From positions 3,680,001 through 3,744,000 of the forward strand of contig CBDFJF010000002.1 of the NCBI GenBank assembly GCA_965248265.1: a stretch of DNA of 64,000 nucleotides, read 5' to 3'. Positions 9,727 through 18,582 of this stretch are shown piece after piece. The translations under genes and the position numbers were made by a program. Source of the stretch: Candidatus Latescibacterota bacterium. Lineage in GTDB: Bacteria > Latescibacterota > UBA2968 > UBA8231. A model generated the notes under the pieces. The model did no database searches. It was not told the DNA's origin and worked only from the letters and a program-made list of their open reading frames with translations. Position 1 is the stretch's first letter. Every line of letters starts with the position of its first letter.

Positions 9727-10674
9727 TCAGTTGTCTCGTCGTCTCTCCGGCAACGTGACGGCCCCTTCCAGGGCCTGCCTCCACATTGGCGTGGTCATGT
9801 ATTTGTCACCGCCATCACAGAATACGGTTACGACGACGCCTTCATGCAGCTGCATGGCGATCTCGCGAGCTGCCCAGTAAGCGGCGCCTGCGGACTGGCC
9901 GACCAGGACACCCTTTTCTCGCGAGAGCTTGACCGTCATGTCGTAGGCGATTTCGGTGTCGAGTCCGATAACGTCGTCCAGCGCGCTTCGATCATATATC
10001 CCCGGCACGATGGAGCTGTCCATGTGCTTGAGCCCTTCAATACCGTGGAAAGACTCCGCCGGCTCTGCTCCGATAACCCGAATACCCGGATTCAGTGCTT
10101 TCAAACCCCGCCCAGTACCCATCACGGTACCACTCGTCCCCATGGTAGCTACAAAGTGTGTCACGCGGCCATCGGTCTGCTCCCAGATCTCGGGCGCTGT
10201 CGTGTCCCGGTGGGCTTTCCAGTTCGACGGATTGTTGTACTGGTCTGGCTTGTAGTACCGATCGGGATCTTCCTCCAGCAGACGGCGCGCCAGCAGGATG
10301 GCGCCGTCAGAGCCTTCTCCGGGATCACTGAAGACGACTTCTGCCCCGTAGGCAGCCAGGATCGCCTTGCGCTCGGCAGTGACATTCGAGGGCATCGCCA
10401 GCCGCACGTGATATCCCAGTGCAGCCCCGATCATGGCGTAGGCGATACCCGTGTTCCCCGAGGTAGAATCGAGGATGATTTTGTCCGGCGTCAACTGACC
10501 ACTGCTCTGGCCATCCACGATCATCCGCAAGGCTGGGCGATCTTTGACAGAGCCGGCGGGATTGAAGAATTCGAGCTTGGCGTATAGCTCAACATTCGGG
10601 GGCAGATCAGGATCCTTCAGTCGCAACAGCGGGGTATTGCCAATGGCATCAACGACGGAGCCGGGCGCCAGCAT
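9727..10674 (-). CDS. cysM: PLP-dependent cysteine synthase, CysM-like (probably sulfur-carrier dependent)
   Basis: AIGNTPL, KLEFFNPAGSVKDR, DSTSGNTG, DQYNNPSN, MGTSGT, IEGLKHM, DGGDKY; context with Mec and CysO-like genes. Confidence 0.8.
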   Translation of the reverse strand: MLAPGSVVDAIGNTPLLRLKDPDLPPNVELYAKLEFFNPAGSVKDRPALRMIVDGQSSGQLTPDKIILDSTSGNTGIAYAMIGAALGYHVRLAMPSNVTAERKAILAAYGAEVVFSDPGEGSDGAILLARRLLEEDPDRYYKPDQYNNPSNWKAHRDTTAPEIWEQTDGRVTHFVATMGTSGTVMGTGRGLKALNPGIRVIGAEPAESFHGIEGLKHMDSSIVPGIYDRSALDDVIGLDTEIAYDMTVKLSREKGVLVGQSAGAAYWAAREIAMQLHEGVVVTVFCDGGDKYMTTPMWRQALEGAVTLPERRRDN

Positions 10675-11213
10675 TACTCCTCACCCGCTCCCACCGAACC
10701 ATGGAGGGTTTTGGTCTCCTGCTGCATGCTCTCCAGCTTCGCTTCAAGCGCGGCCAGTTCTGCATGTGCGGCTGCATTCTGATCGGCTCCGTCCAGACGC
10801 CGTTGATGCAGAACGCGAATGATGTTGCGGCTGACACTGCGGTTGATACCGGCGTTCTGCCTCATCAAGCGCTCGAAGGCAACCTTCTTCATGACCAGCA
10901 GGTTGGAATCGGCTGAAGAGCGAACGGTGGCCGAGCGCGGTTGGCCGGTGAACAACCCCATTTCCCCAACCGGGCTCACGGGAGCGACCCTGGCGATCTC
11001 GACTCCAGTCTCATCGTGGACCGTGAGCTCACCACTGAGCAGGATGGACAGATCGTCACTGGGTTGGCGGATCAGGCACAGCGTCTCCCCTTTTTTTACA
11101 GACTTGAACTCACATGCCTGCAGAATCGACGCCGCATCCTGCCGCGAGAGGTCCCCGAACATGGGGATCTTGTCCACGACCTGCAGCAGCGCTTTCAGCT
11201 TGTCGGCGTCCAT
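10674..11213 (-). CDS. Cyclic-nucleotide-binding domain protein with C-terminal coiled coil, no HTH
   Basis: KIPMFGDL, LSILLSGEL, VGEMGLFTGQPRSATVR phosphate-binding cassette; TAATG stop/start overlap with cysM. Confidence 0.85.
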   Translation of the reverse strand: MDADKLKALLQVVDKIPMFGDLSRQDAASILQACEFKSVKKGETLCLIRQPSDDLSILLSGELTVHDETGVEIARVAPVSPVGEMGLFTGQPRSATVRSSADSNLLVMKKVAFERLMRQNAGINRSVSRNIIRVLHQRRLDGADQNAAAHAELAALEAKLESMQQETKTLHGSVGAGEE

Positions 11214-11352
11214 GGCATCACGTTTTGGTTTGGTTCCAGCCGGCCAAAACAGGACCTCGGCCGGAGTATCGGATCGTTTTTTGGAATATAGCGGACAGCG
11301 TGGGTACGCGCGAAAGAATTCTCTATAACATACACAGGATGCGTGACTTACC

Positions 11353-11382
11353 TTGACATCATCCTTTTTAGCCCCTTAGTTT
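11353..11382 (+). promoter_or_regulatory. Putative sigma70 promoter of aspS
   Basis: TTGACA-18 bp-TAGTTT, about 50 bp upstream of the aspS ATG. Confidence 0.55.
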
Positions 11383-11430
11383 TTTGTCTCCGTTCAATCC
11401 CACTTTCCCGTTGCCAAAACCGCCCTTCAA

Positions 11431-13215
11431 ATGTCGAGTTCGATAGAGCCTCTCAGTGGTTGGAAGCGCACGCACGATTGCGGCAGTCTTGGCCTGGAAA
11501 ATCTGGGCGAGCAAGTTATCCTGATGGGCTGGGTCGCAACACGCCGCGACCACGGTGGGGTCATCTTCATCGACCTCCGAGACCGCTACGGGGTATCTCA
11601 GGCGGTCTTCAACCCGCAACACAGCGAAGCGGCCCACGCCAAAGCCGATCAAGTTCGCAATGAATATGTGGTTGCGGTACGTGGAGTCGTAGAGCAGCGT
11701 CCAGAAGGAATGGTCAATCCCCGCCTTGGAACGGGCGCCATCGAGATCAACTGCGACAACCTTCGCATCCTGAACGCGTCCCGACCCTCCCCCTTTCCGC
11801 TGGATGAATCCGTCGAGGTGGGCGAGGAGACCAGACTGCGCTATCGCTATCTCGATCTGCGTCGGACCCCGATGCAGAACAATCTAATGATCCGTCATCG
11901 GTGCTATCAGGAAACTCGCCGCATCCTCGTGGAGAAGGATTTTATCGAGGTCGAAACGCCCTTTCTCATTCGGAGCACACCGGAAGGAGCTCGCGACTAT
12001 CTCGTCCCCAGCCGCGTCAATCCAGGGCAGTTCTTCGCCCTGCCGCAATCGCCTCAGACCTACAAGCAACTGCTCATGATCGCCGGCATGGATCGCTATT
12101 TCCAAATCGTTAAGTGCTTCCGCGACGAAGACTTACGGGCAGACCGCCAGCCGGAATTCACGCAGATCGATATCGAGATGTCGTTCATTGACGAGGAAGA
12201 CATCATGGGGGTCGCCGAGGACATCACCAGGGGGCTTTTCAGGAAGATTCTGGATGTCCAGTTACCGGACCCCTTGCCCCGCCTGACCTACCATGAAGCG
12301 ATGGATCGCTTTGGTTCCGACAGCCCGGACCTGCGCTTTGGGCTCGAGTTCAAGAATGCCGCAGAGGCCGGACTGGCATCGGAATACAAGATATTCCGCT
12401 CCGTCCTTGATAGTGAAGGTGAAGTAAAGGGAATCAATGTAAAGGGCCGCAGTGACTTACCTAGAAATCAAATAGATCAGCTCATAGCCTTCGCGAAAGA
12501 GGCTGGTGCCGGCGGACTCAGCTGGATCAAGCACACGGACGCCGGGCTCGAGTCGTCGATCACCAAGTTTTTTCCCGACAAGGCCCAGAGTCTGCTGATC
12601 GAGGCACTGGAGTCCGAGCCGGGTGATCTATTGTTGCTCGTGGCAGACAAGCCGGGAAAGGTCGCAAAGGTTCTCAGCGCCTTGCGCCTGGAGTTGGCGG
12701 CCCGTCTCAATCTGATCCCCGAAGGCTCCTGGAGCCCTCTCTGGGTGACCGAATTCCCCCTGCTCGAGGATGACCCTGAAGGTGGCCGCTATGCCGCCGT
12801 GCATCATCCTTTCACCTCGCCTGCTGAGGATGATCTCGCATCACTCGAGGATGACCCGCTCGGGGTACGTGCTCGCGCCTATGACCTGGTCCTCAACGGC
12901 ACCGAAGTAGCAGGGGGCAGCATCAGGATTTTTCAGAGTGAGATCCAGAGTAAGGTGTTCGAGTTGCTCGACATCTCTGTCGAGGAGGCGAACAGCAAAT
13001 TCGGCTTCCTCCTCGAGGCACTCCAGAGCGGAGCGCCACCGCACGGCGGCATCGCCTTCGGTTTCGACCGCCTGGTGGCCATGTTGGCTGGCGAGGAGTC
13101 TATCCGTGACGTGATCGCCTTTCCCAAGACCAATAGGGCCTTCGGGCTCATGGAGAGTGCCCCGGGTCTGGTAGACGATCAGCAACTGCGAGAACTAGGT
13201 ATCCGCTTGCGCTGA
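11431..13215 (+). CDS. aspS: Aspartate--tRNA ligase (probably non-discriminating Asp/Asn type)
   Basis: RTHDCG, RRDHGGVIFIDLRDR, RLRYRYLDLR, STPEGARDY, ALPQSPQ, CFRDEDLRADRQPEFTQID, GGSIRI, PPHGGIAFGFDR. Confidence 0.97.
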   Translation: MSSSIEPLSGWKRTHDCGSLGLENLGEQVILMGWVATRRDHGGVIFIDLRDRYGVSQAVFNPQHSEAAHAKADQVRNEYVVAVRGVVEQRPEGMVNPRLGTGAIEINCDNLRILNASRPSPFPLDESVEVGEETRLRYRYLDLRRTPMQNNLMIRHRCYQETRRILVEKDFIEVETPFLIRSTPEGARDYLVPSRVNPGQFFALPQSPQTYKQLLMIAGMDRYFQIVKCFRDEDLRADRQPEFTQIDIEMSFIDEEDIMGVAEDITRGLFRKILDVQLPDPLPRLTYHEAMDRFGSDSPDLRFGLEFKNAAEAGLASEYKIFRSVLDSEGEVKGINVKGRSDLPRNQIDQLIAFAKEAGAGGLSWIKHTDAGLESSITKFFPDKAQSLLIEALESEPGDLLLLVADKPGKVAKVLSALRLELAARLNLIPEGSWSPLWVTEFPLLEDDPEGGRYAAVHHPFTSPAEDDLASLEDDPLGVRARAYDLVLNGTEVAGGSIRIFQSEIQSKVFELLDISVEEANSKFGFLLEALQSGAPPHGGIAFGFDRLVAMLAGEESIRDVIAFPKTNRAFGLMESAPGLVDDQQLRELGIRLR

Positions 13216-13319
13216 AGTGGGATGTCGCGATCACCGACAGGCCTGCTTCGCGGGTTGGTCAAGGCTCCAGATTGATCGACCAAAAACTTCGTAAATCTTG
13301 TAACGACAGTAAGTTTACC

Positions 13320-13348
13320 TTGACATCCCAATTGGGCAGCCTTACTTT
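13320..13348 (+). promoter_or_regulatory. Putative sigma70 promoter of lipoprotein-LysM pair
   Basis: TTGACA-17 bp-TACTTT; GGAGG SD at about 13421. Confidence 0.6.
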
Positions 13349-13432
13349 TCCCGGCGTACAATTTATAGGGTTCAGCCGTCTCGGTTTGAGCTTGGATTTC
13401 GACTGTTACACAGAGAAATTGGAGGGGTTTGA

Positions 13433-13717
13433 ATGCGCCTTCTTCGCAAGGTCGATAGTGGGAAACGATGGCTGATAGCGGCTTCCTTGTGCACGGCTTT
13501 ACTGGCCGCGTGTGCAGGTGGTCCTTCCCAGAAGGAGATGAGCCTTCTGGATGAGCAGATGAAAGCCGCTGAATCAGCGGAGAGCACGGTGGCCGCCAAG
13601 AAAGCGGAAAAGGCTCGACTTGAGAGCCTGGTAGCCAAGAAGAAAGCAGCCAAGAGCGATCTGGAGACGAAAAAAGCAGAAACACTTCGGAATCTGTCTG
13701 ACATGTCAGCAGAGTAA
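13433..13717 (+). CDS. Small coiled-coil lipoprotein
   Basis: Signal peptide with lipobox LAAC, then Ala/Lys/Glu-rich helical mature region; strong SD. Confidence 0.75.
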   Translation: MRLLRKVDSGKRWLIAASLCTALLAACAGGPSQKEMSLLDEQMKAAESAESTVAAKKAEKARLESLVAKKKAAKSDLETKKAETLRNLSDMSAE

Positions 13718-13762
13718 ACCCCCTACCGCAGGATGCAGAGGATAAAGGGTGAGGACGGAATA

Positions 13763-14599
13763 ATGAATCACAAGTTTGCAGTGGTCGGAGTTATTGCGGC
13801 ACTTCTGCTGGGAGTTAGCGGCTCAGCTACCGCCGCCGAAAAGAAGATGACCCGCGACGAGTACAAGGCCAAGCTCGCCGAATACGTGGACCGCGAAGCC
13901 AATGCCAAGGCAGAAATCGAAAAGTGCGATGCCAAGATCGCATCTCTCAACAGCCAACTCGACGCTCTCAACTCCGCTATCGCACAACTCGACAAAGACA
14001 TCCTCGATGCCGTTGGCGCGACAGATGCACAGGTGCGCGCCTACGGGAGGAAACTGGACAGCCTCATCGCCCAGTTGAAGGGACTTGCGGCGCTGCCGCC
14101 AGAGGAGTTGATACGCCATGGTGGCGAACTGAGCGACATCGCGAGCGCACTCGACGAGTTGAAACAATCGAAGCTTGCCGCGCTACCCGAAATGGCAGCA
14201 AAGATCTCACGCATCGAGGCTATGCTCGCAGACCAACAAGACAGGCGTTCACGGTCCGTCTCCATCACCTACGAGGTGATGAAGGGTGATCATCTGTGGG
14301 GTATCGCCAGCAAAGAGTCCGTTTATGCGGACCCCTACATGTGGCCGCGAATATATCGCGCCAACCGCGACGCTATCGACGATCCCGATCTCATCTACCC
14401 TGAGCAGGAGTTGACAGTGCCGTTTGGTGTCGGGGAGAATCAGTACCTGGTCACCAGTGGTGATTTCCTCACCAAGATCGCCTCGGCCGTCTACGACGAC
14501 CCGACGATGTGGCGCAAAATCTATATGGCCAATCAGGAGCAGATCGTCGAGCCCAGCTTGATTTTCCCGGCACAGGTGCTCGAAGTACCCGTCGATTGA
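13763..14599 (+). CDS. Secreted coiled-coil protein with two C-terminal LysM domains
   Basis: Signal peptide; heptad region; YEVMKGDHLWGIA...WPRIYRAN..I.DPDLIYP and YLVTSGDFLTKIA...WRKIYMAN...PSLIFP. Confidence 0.9.
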   Translation: MNHKFAVVGVIAALLLGVSGSATAAEKKMTRDEYKAKLAEYVDREANAKAEIEKCDAKIASLNSQLDALNSAIAQLDKDILDAVGATDAQVRAYGRKLDSLIAQLKGLAALPPEELIRHGGELSDIASALDELKQSKLAALPEMAAKISRIEAMLADQQDRRSRSVSITYEVMKGDHLWGIASKESVYADPYMWPRIYRANRDAIDDPDLIYPEQELTVPFGVGENQYLVTSGDFLTKIASAVYDDPTMWRKIYMANQEQIVEPSLIFPAQVLEVPVD

Positions 14600-14636
14600 G
14601 GAACCTGGCTCAGGTTTCGCTCACAGGTGTTTGAAA

Positions 14637-14692
14637 CAAAAGGGGTTTGGGTACCAGCGGCTCAATGCCGTTGTTCCCGGACCCCTTTGCTT
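14637..14692 (+). terminator. Long hairpin after the LysM gene (terminator or stability element)
   Basis: AAAGGGGTTTGGG...CCCGGACCCCTTT inverted repeat; weak U-tract. Confidence 0.5.
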
Positions 14693-14744
14693 ATTCTGGC
14701 ATCCCCCTTTCTCTCATTCCATCAACTACCCTCCGATTAGCTCC

Positions 14745-15713
14745 ATGACCAGTATTTCGATTTCAGAGATCGATCCCGTAGCCTTGTGTGGCAGTAATGA
14801 CCGGAACCTGGCCTCCCTAGAGCGCTCCTGCGGCGTTACTCTGGTCGCGCGGGGTGATCGTCTGTTGCTTGACGGCCCACCCGAATCCGTGGCACAGGCA
14901 TCCTTGTTGCTCAAAAGCGTGATCGATGCCATACGGAGAAACCCAGGGTACGGTGAGGAAGACGTGCGAGCGGTTCTCGAGTCGGAGCGGGCTGAACCTC
15001 TGCCAGTGAAAGGTCTGGATCAAACTGAGATCCAGACCTACAAGGACACCGTGCGCGCGCGCAGTGCGGGTCAGGTCGCGTACCTCAAGGCGATCGACAA
15101 ACACGATATCGTTTTTTCCATCGGACCTGCAGGTACCGGCAAGACTTATCTCGCCGTGGCTAACGCCGTTGCCGCCCTACGCACGAAGCAGGTTTCTCGA
15201 ATCGTCCTGGCGCGTCCAGCAGTCGAAGCTGGTGAGAGTCTGGGATTCCTTCCCGGCGCCCTCGAAGACAAGGTGGATCCCTACCTGCGCCCGCTGTACG
15301 ATGCCCTGCACGATTTGCTGGAGCCCGAACGCCTGGGACGCTACCAGTCGATGAAAATAGTCGAGGTCGTGCCACTGGCTTTCATGCGCGGTCGTACCTT
15401 GAATGATGCCTTCATCATCCTGGATGAAGCGCAGAACACGACCCCGGCCCAGATGAAGATGTTCCTGACTCGACTCGGAGCACGGTCCAAAGCAGTCGTC
15501 ACCGGCGACATCACGCAAACCGACCTTCCCAGCACCCAGTCCTCAGGACTGGTTGAAGTGAGTGCCATCCTTCGTGGTATCGAGGGCATCGCTTTCATCC
15601 ATCTCACGGAGCGAGACGTCGTCCGCAATCCACTCGTACAACGCATCGTCAAAGCCTACGAGCATCAACAACAGGCCTGTGGTGAGGTGCCACCGGAATC
15701 GCGAGCGCGATGA
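14745..15713 (+). CDS. phoH: PhoH-family ATPase (YbeZ-like)
   Basis: GPAGTGKTYLA, RPAVEAGESLGFLPG, PLAFMRGRTL, ILDEAQN, GDITQTDLP, DVVRNPLV. Confidence 0.95.
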   Translation: MTSISISEIDPVALCGSNDRNLASLERSCGVTLVARGDRLLLDGPPESVAQASLLLKSVIDAIRRNPGYGEEDVRAVLESERAEPLPVKGLDQTEIQTYKDTVRARSAGQVAYLKAIDKHDIVFSIGPAGTGKTYLAVANAVAALRTKQVSRIVLARPAVEAGESLGFLPGALEDKVDPYLRPLYDALHDLLEPERLGRYQSMKIVEVVPLAFMRGRTLNDAFIILDEAQNTTPAQMKMFLTRLGARSKAVVTGDITQTDLPSTQSSGLVEVSAILRGIEGIAFIHLTERDVVRNPLVQRIVKAYEHQQQACGEVPPESRAR

Positions 15714-18010
15714 AAGCGCTCGCCTCGCTGGCTCAACGCATTTCTACCAATCTCTCCGCTCCCCCCAGCCGCGGGGGCGGACAGCAACGCCCGAGGATTG
15801 GAAAGACCGGGCTCACCTTGGTAAGAATCTTCCTCGGCCTGATCGCCGTTGCATTGCTGACCTACTTCTCCCCGTTTCAACGGCCATCGAGTGTTACCCA
15901 ATTGCGAGTTGGCAGCATTGCTCCCGAACGCATCAACGCCGTCGTCCCCTTTTTCATCCGCAAAAGTGAAGAGGAACTCAAGCGCGAACGCACAGCAGTA
16001 GCGAGTGCTGTTCCTGCCATTCTGCGCTATGATCCGAACATCAAGAGCGTGCAGCTTGCCAACCTCGATTCCGTCTTCGTTGTCCTCGTTCCGAACGTGA
16101 AGATGGAGATGGCTGATTCGCTGAAACAGAACCGTTTGAGAAGAGATCTTCCCGAGATCATAGCCTCTCTGTCGGAAGCAGCGCTTCAGGATCTGATGGG
16201 TACCCTGGCCGCCGCCCCCCTGGATTCATTGCGTGTGTTCGAAGATGCCGCACGCCAGCTTGTGGCGGATCTGTATTCAACCGGAATCGTCGAATCCACG
16301 AATGACGCGCACGTCAGGATCAACGACAAAGTCAGTATTGATGGTGAGCTTGTCCCCGTCAACGGCCTCTACGATATGCCTGCGTTGCGTGGAGACGGCC
16401 TGCTGGCCCTGGTTGAAGGCTACGGGCCGATCGTGCGCCTGGGCGCTACCGCTGCCGTGCGGGAGTTGTTGAGCCTTTTCGTCGCTCCCAACCTCCACGT
16501 CGACGTGGAGGAAACACAACGCCTTCGAGACAAGGCTGCTGGCCGCGTGGCGATGATCGAAGGGCGCTATTTGCAGGACGAAATGATCATCGACAAAAAT
16601 GCCAAGGTGGAACACAAGCACGTCGAGGCACTCGAGGCATTGGCCAACCACCTGGCAGAAGAGGATCTCAAGGATCCGACCACACGGTACCTGCAGATCG
16701 CGGCCGCCGCTACTATCGCCGCCATGATCATCATCGTCTTCAGCTTCTACCTGGCCACGAGGGAGCGGGGCGTATACGATAGCGCCGGTCACTTGCTATT
16801 GCTGGCCTTGATCACGCTGTCGACTGCAGGAGTCGCCTCCTACATCAAGAGCAACGGTATTCAGATCTACTACGTCCCTACCCCGCTCGCCGCCATGCTG
16901 TTGACGATTCTGATGAGCCCTCAGCTGGCGCTGATCCTGTCCTTCCTGCTGGCCCTGTTCATCGGCAGTTTGTTCGGCGACTTCTACGTTGCCTTGATAT
17001 GCGCCCTGACATCGGCGATTGCCATCTACGCCGTCCGTCAGGTCCGCCATCGCAATCAGTTCTATCGGGCGATGATCCTGCTTCCTCTGTCCTACACCAT
17101 CCTTATCGCCGCCACCGACCTGCTGCGATTCGTCCCAGCTGAAGAGATCTACAGTCACATCCTTCCGGGTGTGTTCACCGGCGTAGCCACGGCCATCGTC
17201 ATTCAGGGCCTGTTGCCCATATTCGAGAGCCTGTTCAATATTACGACCGATATCACCCTGCTCGAGCTATCCGACCTCAACCGACCACTCTTGCGCGAGC
17301 TGGCCATTCGTGCTCCGGGCACCTACACACACAGCTTGATCATGGCCAACCTGTCGGAGGCGGCGGGGCAGGCAATTGGCGCCAATGCTCTGCTTGCCCG
17401 CGTCGGTTGCTACTACCACGACATTGGCAAGATGCTCAAGCCCGAGTACTTCACTGAGAACCAGGGCCTCAGAGGCGGTCGCAATCCGCACGACCATCTG
17501 ACCCCGAGCATGAGCGTGTTGATCATCGACTCACACGTGAAGGACGGCATCGAGCTTGCTGACGAGAACGGCCTGCCGAAATCCATCATCGACTTGATCC
17601 CGCAGCACCACGGCACGACCGTCATCGAGTACTTCTACAATCGCGCCATCGAACTCGGCGTCGAGAACGTGCGCAAGGACGACTTTCGCTACGATGGTCC
17701 CAAGCCCCAAACGAAGGAGGCCGGCATCATGATGCTGGCTGATTCGGTGGAATCGGCGGCACGAACGCTAAGCGACCGCAGCCCGGACCGTGTGCGGCAG
17801 CTGGTGCGGCGGATCATTCAGCAGAAATTCACGGCCGGTGAGTTGGATGAATGTCCACTGACACTGAGGGATCTGCACAATATCGAAGAGAGCTTCATCC
17901 CCATTCTGATGGGCACGCTGCACGACCGTGCCGAGTACCCATGGCAGCAGCAGAAAAAAGAGGAGCGCAAAGATCGCAAGGAAATTGCACATGGTTTGCC
18001 ACCCCGCTGA
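15710..18010 (+). CDS. 7TM-HD phosphohydrolase (PgpH/YqfF-like cyclic-di-AMP phosphodiesterase)
   Basis: Extracellular domain + TM bundle + APGTYTHS, YYHDIGK, YFTENQ, IIDSHV, QHHGT, FRYDGPKPQ, MLADSVE; phoH-HD-ybeY synteny. Confidence 0.9.
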   Translation: MKALASLAQRISTNLSAPPSRGGGQQRPRIGKTGLTLVRIFLGLIAVALLTYFSPFQRPSSVTQLRVGSIAPERINAVVPFFIRKSEEELKRERTAVASAVPAILRYDPNIKSVQLANLDSVFVVLVPNVKMEMADSLKQNRLRRDLPEIIASLSEAALQDLMGTLAAAPLDSLRVFEDAARQLVADLYSTGIVESTNDAHVRINDKVSIDGELVPVNGLYDMPALRGDGLLALVEGYGPIVRLGATAAVRELLSLFVAPNLHVDVEETQRLRDKAAGRVAMIEGRYLQDEMIIDKNAKVEHKHVEALEALANHLAEEDLKDPTTRYLQIAAAATIAAMIIIVFSFYLATRERGVYDSAGHLLLLALITLSTAGVASYIKSNGIQIYYVPTPLAAMLLTILMSPQLALILSFLLALFIGSLFGDFYVALICALTSAIAIYAVRQVRHRNQFYRAMILLPLSYTILIAATDLLRFVPAEEIYSHILPGVFTGVATAIVIQGLLPIFESLFNITTDITLLELSDLNRPLLRELAIRAPGTYTHSLIMANLSEAAGQAIGANALLARVGCYYHDIGKMLKPEYFTENQGLRGGRNPHDHLTPSMSVLIIDSHVKDGIELADENGLPKSIIDLIPQHHGTTVIEYFYNRAIELGVENVRKDDFRYDGPKPQTKEAGIMMLADSVESAARTLSDRSPDRVRQLVRRIIQQKFTAGELDECPLTLRDLHNIEESFIPILMGTLHDRAEYPWQQQKKEERKDRKEIAHGLPPR

Positions 18011-18482
18011 ACGCGAGCTGCCAGCTGGCGCACGCGACGGATTGGGCCGACTCGCCGAGCGAGTGCTGGCCGCGCATCCGCTGGATGGGGGTAGGGTCCA
18101 GGCCGTGTTTACGACCGACGAGCATATGACACACATGAACGAGCAATTTCGGGGCAAGGCCATGACCACGGACGTGCTTTCCTTCGACTATGGCCTGTCC
18201 GAAAGCGCGGGGCCTGACGACCTTGTGAACGAGTGGACCCGTGGAGAGATCTTCATCAGTGTTGATCGGGCCACCGAGCAAGCGAGAGATCGGGGAGTCG
18301 CGATAACATGTGAAATCGCAAGATTGCTGGTTCATGGACTGCTCCACCTCTCTGGATATGATCATCAGACGGCGGAAGAGCTACAGGAAATGGAGTCGCT
18401 GACCGATTTATTCATAGAAACCTCTGGTTTCTGCAAAACCTCTGGTTTCTGCGAGGCCTCGGAGTTCAAAGAAACTCGGTGA
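17991..18482 (+). CDS. ybeY: rRNA maturation endoribonuclease YbeY
   Basis: MNEQFRGK..TTDVLSF, GEIFIS, HGLLHLSGYDH (H3xH5xH). Confidence 0.93.
   Translation: MVCHPAERELPAGARDGLGRLAERVLAAHPLDGGRVQAVFTTDEHMTHMNEQFRGKAMTTDVLSFDYGLSESAGPDDLVNEWTRGEIFISVDRATEQARDRGVAITCEIARLLVHGLLHLSGYDHQTAEELQEMESLTDLFIETSGFCKTSGFCEASEFKETR
18418..18452 (+). repeat. Tandem duplication with 18-bp period in the ybeY 3' end
   Basis: AAACCTCTGGTTTCTGC at 18418-18434 and 18436-18452 (ETSGFC KTSGFC). Confidence 0.8.
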
Positions 18483-18582
18483 CCTGTTCCCACTTCATGG
18501 CTCTACGCCTGGCCGTGATTCGCTGTTCCGACTCGTGCCGCCCTGGCAGGCGGCGTTACATGAAAGGAGTTCAGTACCTTTT

